DNA of 64,000 nucleotides from an uncultured Acidimicrobiia bacterium (GTDB lineage Bacteria > Actinomycetota > Acidimicrobiia > Acidimicrobiales > AC-14). The notes below the pieces were generated by a model. It ran no database searches, had not been told where the DNA came from, and saw only the letters and a list, made by a program, of their open reading frames with translations. The stretch's first letter is position 1, and each line of letters opens with the position of its first letter. The translations under genes were made by a program, and so were the position numbers. Shown here one piece after another: positions 32,797 to 43,215 of the stretch. The stretch is taken from contig CAWIIV010000006.1 of assembly GCA_963836205.1 (NCBI GenBank), positions 64,001-128,000 on the forward strand. The letters run 5' to 3'.

Positions 32797-34226
32797 AGTT
32801 GCGTCCACAGACGTGGTGTACGAGTCGGCGCTGAGGGCCTGACGGCCTGACCATCCCCCCGACGCGACGACCACCGCGTCAACCTCAGAAGGAAGAGACC
32901 AAGCAACCAACTGAGGAGGAACACGGTGGTCCCTGACACCTTTAGCGCACTCGCCTGGCTGCGCAAGCACATCGACGGCGAGGGCGGCAACGACGTCATC
33001 CGCGACATGGTCAAGGTCTTCGCCGAGCAGCTCATGTCGGCCGAGGCCGACAACGCCTGCGGCGCGGCCTGGGGCGAGCGCAGCCCGGAGCGGGTGAACT
33101 CCCGCAACGGCTACCGCGGCCGTGGCTTCGACACCCGGGCCGGCACCATCGAGTTGGCCGTGCCCAAGCTGCGCTCGGGCAGCTACTTCCCCGACTGGCT
33201 GCTCGAGCCCCGCCGGCGGGCGGAGAAGGCCCTGGTGGCGGTGGTGGCCGAGGCCTACGTGGCCGGCGTGTCGACCCGGCGGGTGGACGCCCTGGTGCAG
33301 TCCATGGGCATCGACGGGATCTCCAAGTCCCAGGTCTCGGAGATGGCCCGCAGCCTCGACGCCGCCGTCGACGCCTTCCGCTCCCGGCCCCTCGACGCCG
33401 GGCCCTACGCCTACGTGGCCATCGACGCGCTGACCCAGAAGGTGCGGGAGGAGGGCCGCATCGTCAACATCGCCTGCGCCGTGGCCTGCGGCGTCAACGC
33501 CGACGGGCACCGGGAGATCCTGGGCATGGACGTGTTCACCACCGAGACGGGAGCAGGCTGGACGACGTTCCTGCGGGGACTGGTGGCCCGGGGCCTGTCG
33601 GGGGTGTGCCTCGTCGTCTCCGACGCCCACGAGGGCCTCAAGGCCGCCATCGCGGGGGTGCTGCCGGGCGCCACCTGGCAGCGCTGCCGGACCCACTTCG
33701 TGCGCAACCTGCTCTCCAAGGTGCCCCGCTCGGCCCAGACCATGGTGGCCACGGGGGTGCGCACCATCTTCGAGCAGCCCGATGCCACCCAGGTCGTCGC
33801 TCAGCACGCCCGGGTGGTGGAACAGCTGGTGGCCAAGTACCCCGAGGCCGCCGGGATGCTCATCGACGCCCGGGCGGACCTGTTGGCCTTCACCACCTTC
33901 CCCAAGGAGCACTGGCGCCAGATCTGGTCCAACAACCCCCAGGAGCGGCTCAACAAGGAGCTGCGCCGGCGCACCGACGTGGTCGGCATCTTCCCCAACC
34001 GGGCCGCCGTGATCCGCCTCGTGGGGGCAGTGCTGGCCGAGCAGAACGACGAGTGGGCCGTCGCCCGGCGCTACATGTCCCCCGAGCTGCTGGCCAAGGC
34101 CCGAATGATCGTCATCGACGGAGGGCTCGATGACACGACCAACGACACCGACCTGGCCAAGGTGGGGTAAACAAGTCCCCGAGGTTGACGTGGTGGTGGT
34201 CATACACCACGTCCGTGGACGTGACC
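32797..34226 (+). mobile_element. IS256-family insertion sequence (1430 bp)
   Basis: TIRs AGTTGCGTCCACAGACGTGGTGTA and revcomp GGTCACGTCCACGGACGTGGTGTA. 9-bp TSD GGCCTCGGA at 32788-32796 and 34227-34235. Confidence 0.95.
32926..34170 (+). CDS. IS256 transposase
   Basis: SRNGYR...TRAGTIELAVPKLR.GSYFP, VVSDAHEGL, WQRCRTHF, SNNPQERLNKELRRRT. Confidence 0.97.
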   Translation: MVPDTFSALAWLRKHIDGEGGNDVIRDMVKVFAEQLMSAEADNACGAAWGERSPERVNSRNGYRGRGFDTRAGTIELAVPKLRSGSYFPDWLLEPRRRAEKALVAVVAEAYVAGVSTRRVDALVQSMGIDGISKSQVSEMARSLDAAVDAFRSRPLDAGPYAYVAIDALTQKVREEGRIVNIACAVACGVNADGHREILGMDVFTTETGAGWTTFLRGLVARGLSGVCLVVSDAHEGLKAAIAGVLPGATWQRCRTHFVRNLLSKVPRSAQTMVATGVRTIFEQPDATQVVAQHARVVEQLVAKYPEAAGMLIDARADLLAFTTFPKEHWRQIWSNNPQERLNKELRRRTDVVGIFPNRAAVIRLVGAVLAEQNDEWAVARRYMSPELLAKARMIVIDGGLDDTTNDTDLAKVG

Positions 34227-34259
34227 GGCCTCGGAGTTTCGCGCACGTGCCGTTGGTCG

Positions 34260-35036
34260 TCAACGAGTCGCGAGCGATCGGCGTTGTTCGCCAGGAACAC
34301 ATGCGCCAAGGTCACCTCCCCATGACTTCGGCCGAGAGTCACCCTGGACCGTTGGCGCCCGTCGACGCTCGGTTGAACCGCCACGCCCCCCGCGTCGACA
34401 ACCGCCGACGGCGGGCCGAAATCGCAGCGCTCGAGCTAGCGCGGCATGGTGGGCCCGGATGTTGTCTCGGGCGAGGTCGACCGTCTCGATGATTCGGCGG
34501 GCGCGGGTCTCGGGGCGCTTGGCGGTCGCGATCCACTCCAGGATCAGCCGTCGCGACGACGGGGGGAAGGCCTGGAAGTTGGCCAAGGCCTGCTCGTCCT
34601 CGTCGAAGAGGCGTTGCAGATCGTCGGGGACGACTGCGTTCTGGGCGTCGGCCAGGGATTCCCACGTGCCGGTGGTCCTGGCCAGGTCGACGAGGGCCCG
34701 GCCGTGGGGGGTCATCAGTCCCGCGCTCGTCAGCCGCTCGACCCGCTCGCGGTTGCGGTTGCTCCACGTGCTCTTCGGGTTGCGGGGCGAGAACCGGAAA
34801 TAGCTGCTCTCCGCATCCCGCTTCACCCCCTTGCTGTCGATCCAGCCGTAGCAGAGGGCGTGCTCCACCAGATCGTCGAACAGCGCGCTCGGCGTATGGC
34901 TGCCCTTGTTGTAGACGATCAGCCACACCGCCGGCGCGGACTCGCAGTTCGTCTCCAGCCACGCCCGCCAGTCGTCGACCGACGCCGCGTAGAAGGCCGG
35001 CTCGCCGTCGAACGCATCCTCGTGGTCAGTGCACAT
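34260..35036 (-). CDS. YdeI/OmpD-associated family protein (3' end probably near 34435)
   Basis: WRAWLE, ALCYGWIDS, FSPRNPKSTWS, WIATAKRPETRARRI. Confidence 0.88.
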   Translation of the reverse strand: MCTDHEDAFDGEPAFYAASVDDWRAWLETNCESAPAVWLIVYNKGSHTPSALFDDLVEHALCYGWIDSKGVKRDAESSYFRFSPRNPKSTWSNRNRERVERLTSAGLMTPHGRALVDLARTTGTWESLADAQNAVVPDDLQRLFDEDEQALANFQAFPPSSRRLILEWIATAKRPETRARRIIETVDLARDNIRAHHAALARALRFRPAVGGCRRGGRGGSTERRRAPTVQGDSRPKSWGGDLGACVPGEQRRSLATR

Positions 35037-35203
35037 CCGGCTGGTACCTCCCGCTGGACGAAGTGGACCCCGCGACATCTGGAGGACGGCGGCGATCATC
35101 GGTCGAAGGTAACCGGCGACTCACCTTCGGGCAGGCCCGCCGTCCACACGCCTCCGGCAAACGCGAGAAACTCCCACGCGACGCCGGGTGACGGAGGTAG
35201 GCC

Positions 35204-36166
35204 ATGAGCGACAAGCAGGTCAACATCGGGCGGGAAGTCCGGGGCGACGGTGGCGTGCGGCCCATCCTGCTGGCGATCGCGGGCGACAGCGGCACGGGGA
35301 AGACCACCCTCACCGCGGGCCTGGTGGCGGCGTTGGGCCGGGACCGGATCACGTCCATCGGCGCCGACGACTACCACCGCTACGACCGCGAGGAGCGCAA
35401 GTCGCTCCCGTTCACCCCGCTCCATCCCCGCGCCAACTACATCGACGTCATGGAGCAGCACCTCCAGCTCCTCGCCCTCGGCCAGCCCATCCTGAAGCCG
35501 ATCTACAACCACGACACCGGCCAGCTCGACCGCCCCGAGTACATCGAGCCCCGTGAGTTCGTGATCGTCGAGGGCCTCCTCCCCCTCCACACCCGGCTGG
35601 CGCGGGCCTGCTTCGACATCACCGTCTACCTCGACCCGCCGGAGGACATCCGCGTCGCCTGGAAGCTCGCTCGCGACACGAAGAAGCGGGGCTACACCGA
35701 GGAGCAGGTCCGGGCCGAGCTGGAGAAGCGGGAACCCGAGTCGGCCGAGTTCATCCGCCCGCAGCGGGCCCACGCCGACATCGTGGTGCGCTTCGCACCG
35801 ATCGAGGAACGGGGCGAGACGCCGGCCGACCCGCTCAGCGCCTACCTCCTCCTCCGGCCCACGATCAGCCACCCGGACCTGACCACCATCCTCGGCGACG
35901 ACACCCGCCAGGCCATGCACCTCAAGCTCCGGCGGGACGAGGACGGCAAGCCGGTCGACTCCGTCCACATCCATTCCTACGCCGACCGCGAGGAGACCAA
36001 GCAGGTGGAGCAGGCCATCTGGGACGAGCTGGGCGTGGAGGAGCCCGTCCCCGAGTCGCTCGGCCGCATCGACTCCGACATCCGCGACGAGCCCCTCGCC
36101 CTCACCCAGCTGATCCTGCTCTACCACCTCATCCAGGCCCGAGCCTCGGCCGCGGCCGCCCGCTGA
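35204..36166 (+). CDS. prk: Phosphoribulokinase (cyanobacterial/plant-like class)
   Basis: IAGDSGTGKTT, DDYHRYDR, TPLHPRAN, ILKPIYNH.TG, VEGLLP, WKLARD..RG, FIRPQR..AD. Confidence 0.85.
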   Translation: MSDKQVNIGREVRGDGGVRPILLAIAGDSGTGKTTLTAGLVAALGRDRITSIGADDYHRYDREERKSLPFTPLHPRANYIDVMEQHLQLLALGQPILKPIYNHDTGQLDRPEYIEPREFVIVEGLLPLHTRLARACFDITVYLDPPEDIRVAWKLARDTKKRGYTEEQVRAELEKREPESAEFIRPQRAHADIVVRFAPIEERGETPADPLSAYLLLRPTISHPDLTTILGDDTRQAMHLKLRRDEDGKPVDSVHIHSYADREETKQVEQAIWDELGVEEPVPESLGRIDSDIRDEPLALTQLILLYHLIQARASAAAAR

Positions 36167-36272
36167 CCGAAGCGGAACAGCGGAGTCGGGCCTGCCGGAT
36201 GGGACTGCGAACGCTGGACCTCCCGGGTACATTGGCGAGAAGTCCCTGGCAAGAGGAGGCGTGGTCGACGCT

Positions 36273-37093
36273 ATGACTGAGATCCGCTTCCGGCCGGCCG
36301 TGGCCCCCCGTTGAACGCAGGTTCGCTCCTCATCACCGTCATCTACGCCGGGCTCCTTGCGTGGGGCTTCAGCGTGGGCGCCCGCCAGATCTACCAGGGC
36401 TTCAAGCGGCCCCAGGAGCTGCTCAACCCTCTCTTCTCCAACCGCTACGCCATCCGGCTGTTCACCCTCCACATCATCATCGTGTCGGCCGACCTCTTCG
36501 TGATCGGCCCGCTGGCCGTGGCCCACAAGAGCACCCTCTGGTACTGGGGCGGGCGGATCGCCCTGCTGCTGTCGTCACTGCCCCTGGCCACCTACCTCAA
36601 CCGCAACCCCCAGTCGTTCGGCAAGCTCATCGGCCGGTGGGTCGTGTTCCGCAACTTCTTCGAGTACACGCTGCACGTGGTGTTCGCGGCCATGGTGGTG
36701 AGCTGGTTCCGCTACTACCTGCTCCTGTGGTGGCTCGTCGCCTACCGCTACCTCGACGTCGGCCCCCGCCGGCTGCTGCAAAAGCTCTACAACACGCCCG
36801 AGAAGAAGGCGGCCCGCCCGTGGGCGCCCACCCTCAACTGGGCCGTGATCGCGTCTCTGTATTTCCTGACCTTCTTCGCGATCTACCACCGGCAGGTCCT
36901 GTTCGCCGATGTCCCCGATGCAGACGTACCCACCTACGTGGCCCAGCGCTGGGAGTATGGAGTGGTGATCGGGTTCAACCTGGCCCTCGCCCTGGCCACG
37001 TGGGTCATGACCAAGAAGTACACGGTGTCGCTCATGCAAGAGGCGGCTGAACGCCGGCAGGTCCCCGAAGTCGGACCGCTGGGCGCGCACTAG
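36273..37093 (+). CDS. Polytopic membrane protein of unknown function (indel in the C6 run near 36305)
   Basis: About 7 hydrophobic segments, host-like codon usage, GAGGAGG upstream of 36273. Confidence 0.7.
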
Positions 37094-37105
37094 GAGGAAG
37101 CACAC

Positions 37106-39106
37106 ATGAAGGTGGTCAAGAAGGTCACGAAGGCGGCGGTCGTGGGGTTCCCGGTGGTGATGTGGTTGAAGAAGCGCAAGTCGCCGGGACCGGTCGTGCC
37201 CAAGGGCTACCACGACAACTTCATCTGGAACACCTGGGACCGCATCGCCACCGCCGTCGACCACAAGCGGGGATGGGACAAGCTCCCCACCTTCCTCGGG
37301 ATCCCGATCCTGATCGGCGTCCGCGACGTCCTGCGCAAGCAGAACCTGTTCGACACCACCGGTCAGCCGGCGGTGAACCCGCCGCCCGTCGACGCCTACG
37401 ACGGCCACGTCCTCACCACCCGCACCGCCGACGGCACCTACAACGACCTCGAGAACCCGGCCATGGGGATGGCGGGGTCGCGGTTCGGGCGCAACGTCCC
37501 GATCGAGGACACCTACCCCGAGGAAGGACCCGATCTCCTCACCCCGAGCCCCCGCGAGATCAGCCGCACGGTGATGATCCGGGACAAGGGAATCATCGAG
37601 GCCACGTCGTGCAACACGCTGGCGGCCAGCTGGTTGCAGTTCATGATCCGGGACTGGTTCAGCCACGGCAAGAGCCCGGCCGACAACCCCATCGAGATCC
37701 CGCTGGCGCCCGACGACGAGTGGCCGACGAACCGGCAACCCGACCGCAAGCCGATGACGATCCCGCGCACCCGCCCCGACCCCACCCGTCCGCCGGGGCC
37801 GAGCGACCTGCCGCCCACCTACACCAACACCGAGACCCACTGGTGGGACCTGTCGAGCATCTACGGCAGCACCAAGCCGTACCGCGACCTGGTGCGCTCC
37901 CGCGTCGACGGCAAGCTCCACGTCACCCAGGCCGGCCTCATCCCCTATCCCACCGACCCCGACCTCAACCCGGCCCTCGTCCCCGGCTTCTGGCTGGGCC
38001 TGGCCATGCTCCAGAACCTGTTCACCCTCGAGCACAACTCCATCTGCGACCACCTGAAGTCGCAGTACCCGGCCCTCACCGACGACCAGCTGTTCGAGCA
38101 CGCCCGCCTGATCACCGCCGCCCTGGTGGCCAAGATCCACACCGTCGAGTGGACGACGGCCGTGATCAGCCACCCGACGACGGTGGTCGCCCTGCGCACC
38201 AACTGGTGGGGCCTGGCCGGCGAGCGCGTCCACAAGCGTTTCGGCCGCATCAGCAAGAGCGAGGTGATCAGCGGCATCCCCGGCTCGGAGGCGCAGCACT
38301 ACAACGTGCCCTACTGCCTCACCGAGGAGTTCGTCGCCGTCTACCGCATGCACCCGCTGCTGCCCGACGACTACCCGCTGTACTCGGCCGCCGACCACTC
38401 CGTGATCGACGCCAAGGCCACCCTGCGCTCCATGGCGGGGCAGGGGGCGATCGACACCCTCGACAAGGTGTCGATGACCGACCTCTTCTACTCCTTCGGC
38501 CAGCTCCACCCGGGGGTGGTCTGCCTCCACAACTTCCCCCGCTTCCTTCAGGAGTTCATCCGGCCCGACGGGCTCATGCTCGACATGGCCGCCCTCGACA
38601 TCGTGCGCTCACGGGAGCTGGGGGTGCCCCGGTACAACGAGTTCCGCAAGCTGCTCCACATGCCGCCGGCGAAGGACTTCCACGACCTCACCGACAACCC
38701 CCAGTGGGCGCAGGAGCTGGAGGACCTCTACGGCGACATCGACAAGGTCGACGTCACCCCGGGCATGTTCGCCGAGCGCCTGCCGAAGGGCTTCGCCTTC
38801 AGCGACACCGCCTTCCGCATCTTCGTGCTGATGGCGTCCCGGCGGCTCAACAGCGACCGGTTCTTCACCGACGACTACACGCCTGAGGTGTACACCAAGG
38901 CCGGGCTCGATTGGATCGACGACAACACCATGGTGACGGTGCTCCTGCGCCACTATCCCCACCTGCGGGGCACCATGCGGGGCGTGCAGAACGCCTTCCA
39001 CCCGTGGGTCAAGGCCGGAGACCTGACCTCGCGCTCCCGGCTCGTCCGGCTCTGGCGCCAGCCGGCGGCGCCGAACACCACCAGCGCGCCGAGGGCGGCG
39101 ACGTAG
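37106..39106 (+). CDS. Heme peroxidase-cyclooxygenase superfamily, alpha-dioxygenase-like
   Basis: RTADGTYNDL, RFGRN, HWWDLSSIYG, AKIHTVEWT, LTEEFVAVYRMH, RSRELGVPRYNEFR, MASRRLNSDRFFT. Confidence 0.9.
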   Translation: MKVVKKVTKAAVVGFPVVMWLKKRKSPGPVVPKGYHDNFIWNTWDRIATAVDHKRGWDKLPTFLGIPILIGVRDVLRKQNLFDTTGQPAVNPPPVDAYDGHVLTTRTADGTYNDLENPAMGMAGSRFGRNVPIEDTYPEEGPDLLTPSPREISRTVMIRDKGIIEATSCNTLAASWLQFMIRDWFSHGKSPADNPIEIPLAPDDEWPTNRQPDRKPMTIPRTRPDPTRPPGPSDLPPTYTNTETHWWDLSSIYGSTKPYRDLVRSRVDGKLHVTQAGLIPYPTDPDLNPALVPGFWLGLAMLQNLFTLEHNSICDHLKSQYPALTDDQLFEHARLITAALVAKIHTVEWTTAVISHPTTVVALRTNWWGLAGERVHKRFGRISKSEVISGIPGSEAQHYNVPYCLTEEFVAVYRMHPLLPDDYPLYSAADHSVIDAKATLRSMAGQGAIDTLDKVSMTDLFYSFGQLHPGVVCLHNFPRFLQEFIRPDGLMLDMAALDIVRSRELGVPRYNEFRKLLHMPPAKDFHDLTDNPQWAQELEDLYGDIDKVDVTPGMFAERLPKGFAFSDTAFRIFVLMASRRLNSDRFFTDDYTPEVYTKAGLDWIDDNTMVTVLLRHYPHLRGTMRGVQNAFHPWVKAGDLTSRSRLVRLWRQPAAPNTTSAPRAAT

Positions 39107-39861
39107 ATCCACACGGCCGGGGTCGACCAGTCGATCTCGTCCGGGTAGCGGGCGACCGCCACCAGCTGGAGGACTCCGAGCACCACGTAGGTGATGCTCA
39201 GGGGGCGGAGGCGGGCCCAGTCGTTCTCCCATGCGGCCTGGCCGGCGGTAAGTCCGACGATCACCAGCCACGCCCCCACCGCCCGGCTGGTGAGGACGGT
39301 GAGCGACCACGGCCACCACTCGGCCGCGTCGGACGGGATGAGGACGAGGGCCGCGCCCAAGAGGGTGACGGCCACTGCCAGCACGCTCGTCACCAGCCGC
39401 AGCCAGGCCGGCAGGGGAGCCCGGCGGGACGGCTCGCCCCCGGCGATACGGCGCTGGTAGAGGAGGACGGCCGTCACCGACGGGGGCAGGAGGGCGTAGG
39501 TGACCAGCCACGCCCAGCCGAAGAACGAGTCCATGTGGAAGGTGTCGAGGTGGACGAGGGTGACCACCAAGGTGGTGGTGGTGAAGACCAGCACCGCCGG
39601 CAGCGGCACCCGGGCCACCGCCCACAGCCGCTCCCGGGCCGACATCCCGTCGAGGCAGGCGGCGGCCAGGTAGCCGGCACCGAGGAAGGCGGCGGTGAGG
39701 GGCGAGGCGATGGTCCAGGCGAAGAAGTCGTCGGTGTGCTCGGTGAGGACGAACAGGTCGAGCCCGGCGGCCAGCACCAGCACCGTGCCCGCCAGCAGCA
39801 GGCGGCGGGTGGGCGTGGAGACCGGCTTCAGCGTGGCGTTCGGGGCGGGGCTGTCGCTCAC
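38953..39861 (-). CDS. Membrane protein with two internal repeats
   Basis: FFAWTIASPLTAAFLGAGY and WWPWSLTVLTSRAVGAW; GTGA-coupled to the upstream small gene; 3' end uncertain. Confidence 0.7.
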   Translation of the reverse strand: MSDSPAPNATLKPVSTPTRRLLLAGTVLVLAAGLDLFVLTEHTDDFFAWTIASPLTAAFLGAGYLAAACLDGMSARERLWAVARVPLPAVLVFTTTTLVVTLVHLDTFHMDSFFGWAWLVTYALLPPSVTAVLLYQRRIAGGEPSRRAPLPAWLRLVTSVLAVAVTLLGAALVLIPSDAAEWWPWSLTVLTSRAVGAWLVIVGLTAGQAAWENDWARLRPLSITYVVLGVLQLVAVARYPDEIDWSTPAVWIYVAALGALVVFGAAGWRQSRTSREREVRSPALTHGWKAFCTPRMVPRRWG

Positions 39862-40100
39862 GGCACCTCGACCTCCCGCACCTCGACCGCCACCGTCCGC
39901 CGGGCGACGTAGCCGGGGAGCTGGGCCAGCGCCGCCGTCTCGTCGCCCGCCTCGACCGTCCACCACAGGCCGTGGCCGCCCGAGTCGCACGACGCCAGCA
40001 CCGGCTGCTGGCGCAGGGGGCTGTCGAAGCCGTTCCAGGCGGCGAAGGCGACCGGGCACTCCCGGGGCCGGTGGGAGTGGCAGAGAAGAAAGGTAGGCAT
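39858..40100 (-). CDS. 80-aa His/Cys-rich hypothetical protein
   Basis: MPTFLLCHSHRPRECPVAFAAW...SCDSGGHGLWWTVEA...EVREVEVP; leaderless after CATTCT. Confidence 0.75.
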   Translation of the reverse strand: MPTFLLCHSHRPRECPVAFAAWNGFDSPLRQQPVLASCDSGGHGLWWTVEAGDETAALAQLPGYVARRTVAVEVREVEVP

Positions 40101-40165
40101 GACCGTAGAATGACCGCCCCGCGGAGTCGGCGCATCAGGGAAACCCTTGATCGCCGTCCCTGAAG
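40101..40165 (-). promoter_or_regulatory. Putative LAL-activated promoter A
   Basis: Minus strand TCAGGG-N6-ATCAAGGGTTTCCCTGATG-20 nt-CATTCT-ACGGTC-ATG. Confidence 0.6.
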
Positions 40166-40184
40166 AAGCGCTGGGTGACCGAAG

Positions 40185-43116
40185 ATGGCTGAGGGAGCGC
40201 GGATCGTCGGCCGGCGGGCGGAACTGGAGACGCTCGGCCACGCCCTGGCCGCCCTCGACGAGGGGTCTGCGGCCATGCTCTACGTGGTCGGGGAGCCGGG
40301 CATCGGCAAGACCCGGCTGCTGGCCGAGCTCCACGCCCAGGCCCAGGCCCGCCGCCATCTCGTCCTCGTGGGGCGGGCGGCCGAGTTCGAGCGCGACCTG
40401 CCGTTCGGCCTGTTCGTGGCCGCCCTCGACGACTACCTGGCGTCGCTCACCGACGGCGGCGGGCCGGTATTGCCCGCCGAGCTGGGCGGGATCTTCCCAT
40501 CGCTGGGACACCTGGCCCAGGGCGCGGACACCGGCCTCCAGGAGGAGCGGTACCGGGCCCACCGGGCGGTGCGGGCCCTCCTCGACGGCCTGAGCGAGCG
40601 CCGGCCGGTGGTCCTCGTCCTCGACGACGTCCACTGGGCCGACGCCGCCTCCACCGAGCTCCTCTGCCACCTGGTCGCCCACCGCCCGGCCGGTCCCGTC
40701 CTCCTCGCGGTGGCCATGCGTCCGGTGGGGACCTCGCAACGCCTCGTCTCCGCCCTCGAACAGGCGGCGCGGGACGGCTCCGCCCACCGGCTCGAGCTCG
40801 GTCCCCTGTCGCCCGACGACGCCCGCCGGCTCGTCGGCGGGAGCGCCCCGGCCGACCCCCGGCTCTACCAGGAGAGCGGCGGGAATCCCTTCTACCTGCA
40901 ACAACTGGCGCGGGCCGGGCGGCCGGGCGGACGCGACCGGCGCCTACGACCTGGGCGAGCTGGGTGACCAGGGGGTGCCGCCGGCGGTGCGGGCCGCCCT
41001 GGAGGGCGAGTTGGACGCGCTGTCGGCGCCGGCCCGGGTGTTGCTGGCGGGGGCGGCGGTGTCGGGCGAGTCGTTCGAGCCGGAGCTGGCGGCGGCGGCC
41101 GCGGGGATGGACGGGGCCCAGGCCCTCGACCTCCTCGACGAGCTGGTGCGGCTCGACGTGGTGCGCCCGACGGCGGTCCCCCGCCACTTCCGGTTCCGCC
41201 ACCCGATCGTGCGCCACGGCGTGTACGAGTCGGCCGGCCCGGGGTGGCGGCTCACGGCCCACGCCCGCCTGGCCGAGGTCCTCGAGCGGCAGGGGGCGTC
41301 GCCCCAGGTGCGGGCCCTTCACGTCGAGCGCTCGGCCCGGGCCGGCGACGCCGGCGCCCTCGCCCTGCTGGAGGAGGCGGGCGCGGCCGCCGCCCCCCGG
41401 GCCCCCGCCACCGCCGCCCGCTGGTACCAGGCCGCCGTCCGCCTCCTTCCCCACGACCAGGTCGAGCGCCGCCTGGGCCTGCTGGTCGCCACCGCCACCA
41501 GCCTGGTGTCGGCCGGGCTGTTGGCCGACGCCCGGGCCACCCTGCTCGACGCGATCGACCTGCTCCCGCCGGCGATGGCCGCGGTGCGGGTGCGCCTCAT
41601 CGCGTCCTGCGCCGCCCTCGAACACCTGCTCGGCCGCCACCGCGACGCCCACGGCCGGCTCACCGCCGCCCTCGGAGGCCTGGCCGACCAGGGCTCTCCC
41701 GAGGCGGCCGCCCTGAAGCTCGAGCTGGCCGTCGACGCCATCTACACCTTCGACTTCCCAGCCATGCGTGCGTGGGCAGCGACCGCGGCCGCCGACGCGG
41801 CCGCCATCGGGGCCGCGCCCCTGGAGGCGGCGGCCCTCGCCCTGCTCGGCTTCGCCGAGTACATCCCGGGTGCCACCGCGGTGGCAGGCGGCCATCTCGA
41901 CCGGGCCGCCGCGATCGTCGATCACCTGGCCGACGCCGACCTTGCCCACCAGCTCGACGCCACCTACTACCTGTGCTGGGCCGAGAACTTCATGGAGCGC
42001 TTCGAGCGCTCGCTGCGCCACACCGAGCGGGGCATCGCCCTGTCGCAGGCGTCGGGCCAGGGCCACCTGCTCGTCCCCCTCATGCTCGGCCGGGTGTACG
42101 CCCTGGTGGCCCGGGGCCGGTGCGCGGAGGCGTGCGAGCTGGCCGAGGTGGCGGAGGACGCGGCCCGGCTGGCCGCCAATCCCCAGTCCCTGTCGTGGGC
42201 CCTGTGGGTACGGGCCCTGGCCGCCACCGCCGCCGGCGACCACGCATCGGCGTTGCGTTCGGGCGAGGAGTGCATGGAGGTCGGCCGCACCGTCGACGAC
42301 AACGTGATCTCCGCCACCGGCGGTTGGGTGTTCGGCGCCACCCTGCTGGCGGCGGGCGAGCCCGAACGGTGCCGGGCCGAGGTGCTGAAGGCCGGCGGCG
42401 GTCCCGACCTCGACCGGGTCGGTTCCGGCGTGCGCTGCACGTGCTACGAGCTGCTGACCCGGGCCGAGCTGGCCCTCGGCCGGCGGGTGGAGGCGGCCGG
42501 GTGGGCGGCGCGGGCGGCGTCGGCGGCGGCCGGGTTGACCCTCGACGTGGCCCAGGCGGCGGCGAACCGGGCCCAGGCGCTGGTGCTGGTGGAGGCGGGC
42601 GAGCACGCCCGGGCCGCGGAACTGGCCCTGGCCGCAGCCGCGGCCTGCGAGCGGGCGTCCGCCCCCATCGAGGCGGCCCGGTCGCGGGTGCTGGCGGGGC
42701 GGGCGCTGGCCCTGGCCGGCGACCGGGAGCAGGCGGTGCCCGAACTGGAGCGAGCGGAGCGGGAGCTGGCCGCGTGCGGGGCCCCGTCCTACCGGGCCGA
42801 GGCCGTCCGCGAGCTGGAACGGCTGGGGAAGCGGGTCCGGGTTGACGGCGGCGGAGGCGGTGGTGGCTCGAGCGGCGGCGGTGGTCCGGGTTCGTCCGGC
42901 GCGTCGGCATTGGTCTCCCTGACCGCCCGGGAGCGGGAGGTGGCCGATCTGGTCGCGGCCGGCAACACCAACCGGGAGATCGCCAGTGCCCTCTACCTGA
43001 GCGAGAAGACGGTCGAGAGCCACCTCTCGCACATCTTCACCAAGCTCGGCGTTTCGTCCCGGGCCCGCCTCACGACCCTGCTCGCCCGCCACCCTCAGGG
43101 TCCGGGATCAGGGTAG
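40185..43116 (+). CDS. LAL regulator (AAA ATPase + LuxR HTH; frameshift near 40940)
   Basis: GEPGIGKT, LVLDDVHWAD, SGGNPFYL, FRHPIVR, LTAREREVADLVAAGNTNREIA...SEKTVESHL. Confidence 0.92.
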
Positions 43117-43173
43117 GGGAACCGAGTTTCCCCCGATGGCGCCGGGGGCCCTCCGCTTCAGAGTGTGGTCATC
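43094..43173 (+). promoter_or_regulatory. Putative LAL-activated promoter B
   Basis: TCAGGG x2, then AACCGAGTTTCCCCCGATG-20 nt-CAGAGT-GTGGTC-AT; same geometry as promoter A. Confidence 0.6.
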
Positions 43174-43215
43174 GGGATCTACGAACGATCCCCACTCGTC
43201 CGGGAGGGACTCCAA

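Noticed and set aside
31867-34302. 811-aa minus-strand ORF
   Set aside because: Antisense shadow of the IS256 transposase running into the real gene that starts at 32760.
38953-39106. 154-bp convergent gene overlap as an antisense system
   Set aside because: Both tails look like read-through past lost stops, consistent with an indel near 39015.
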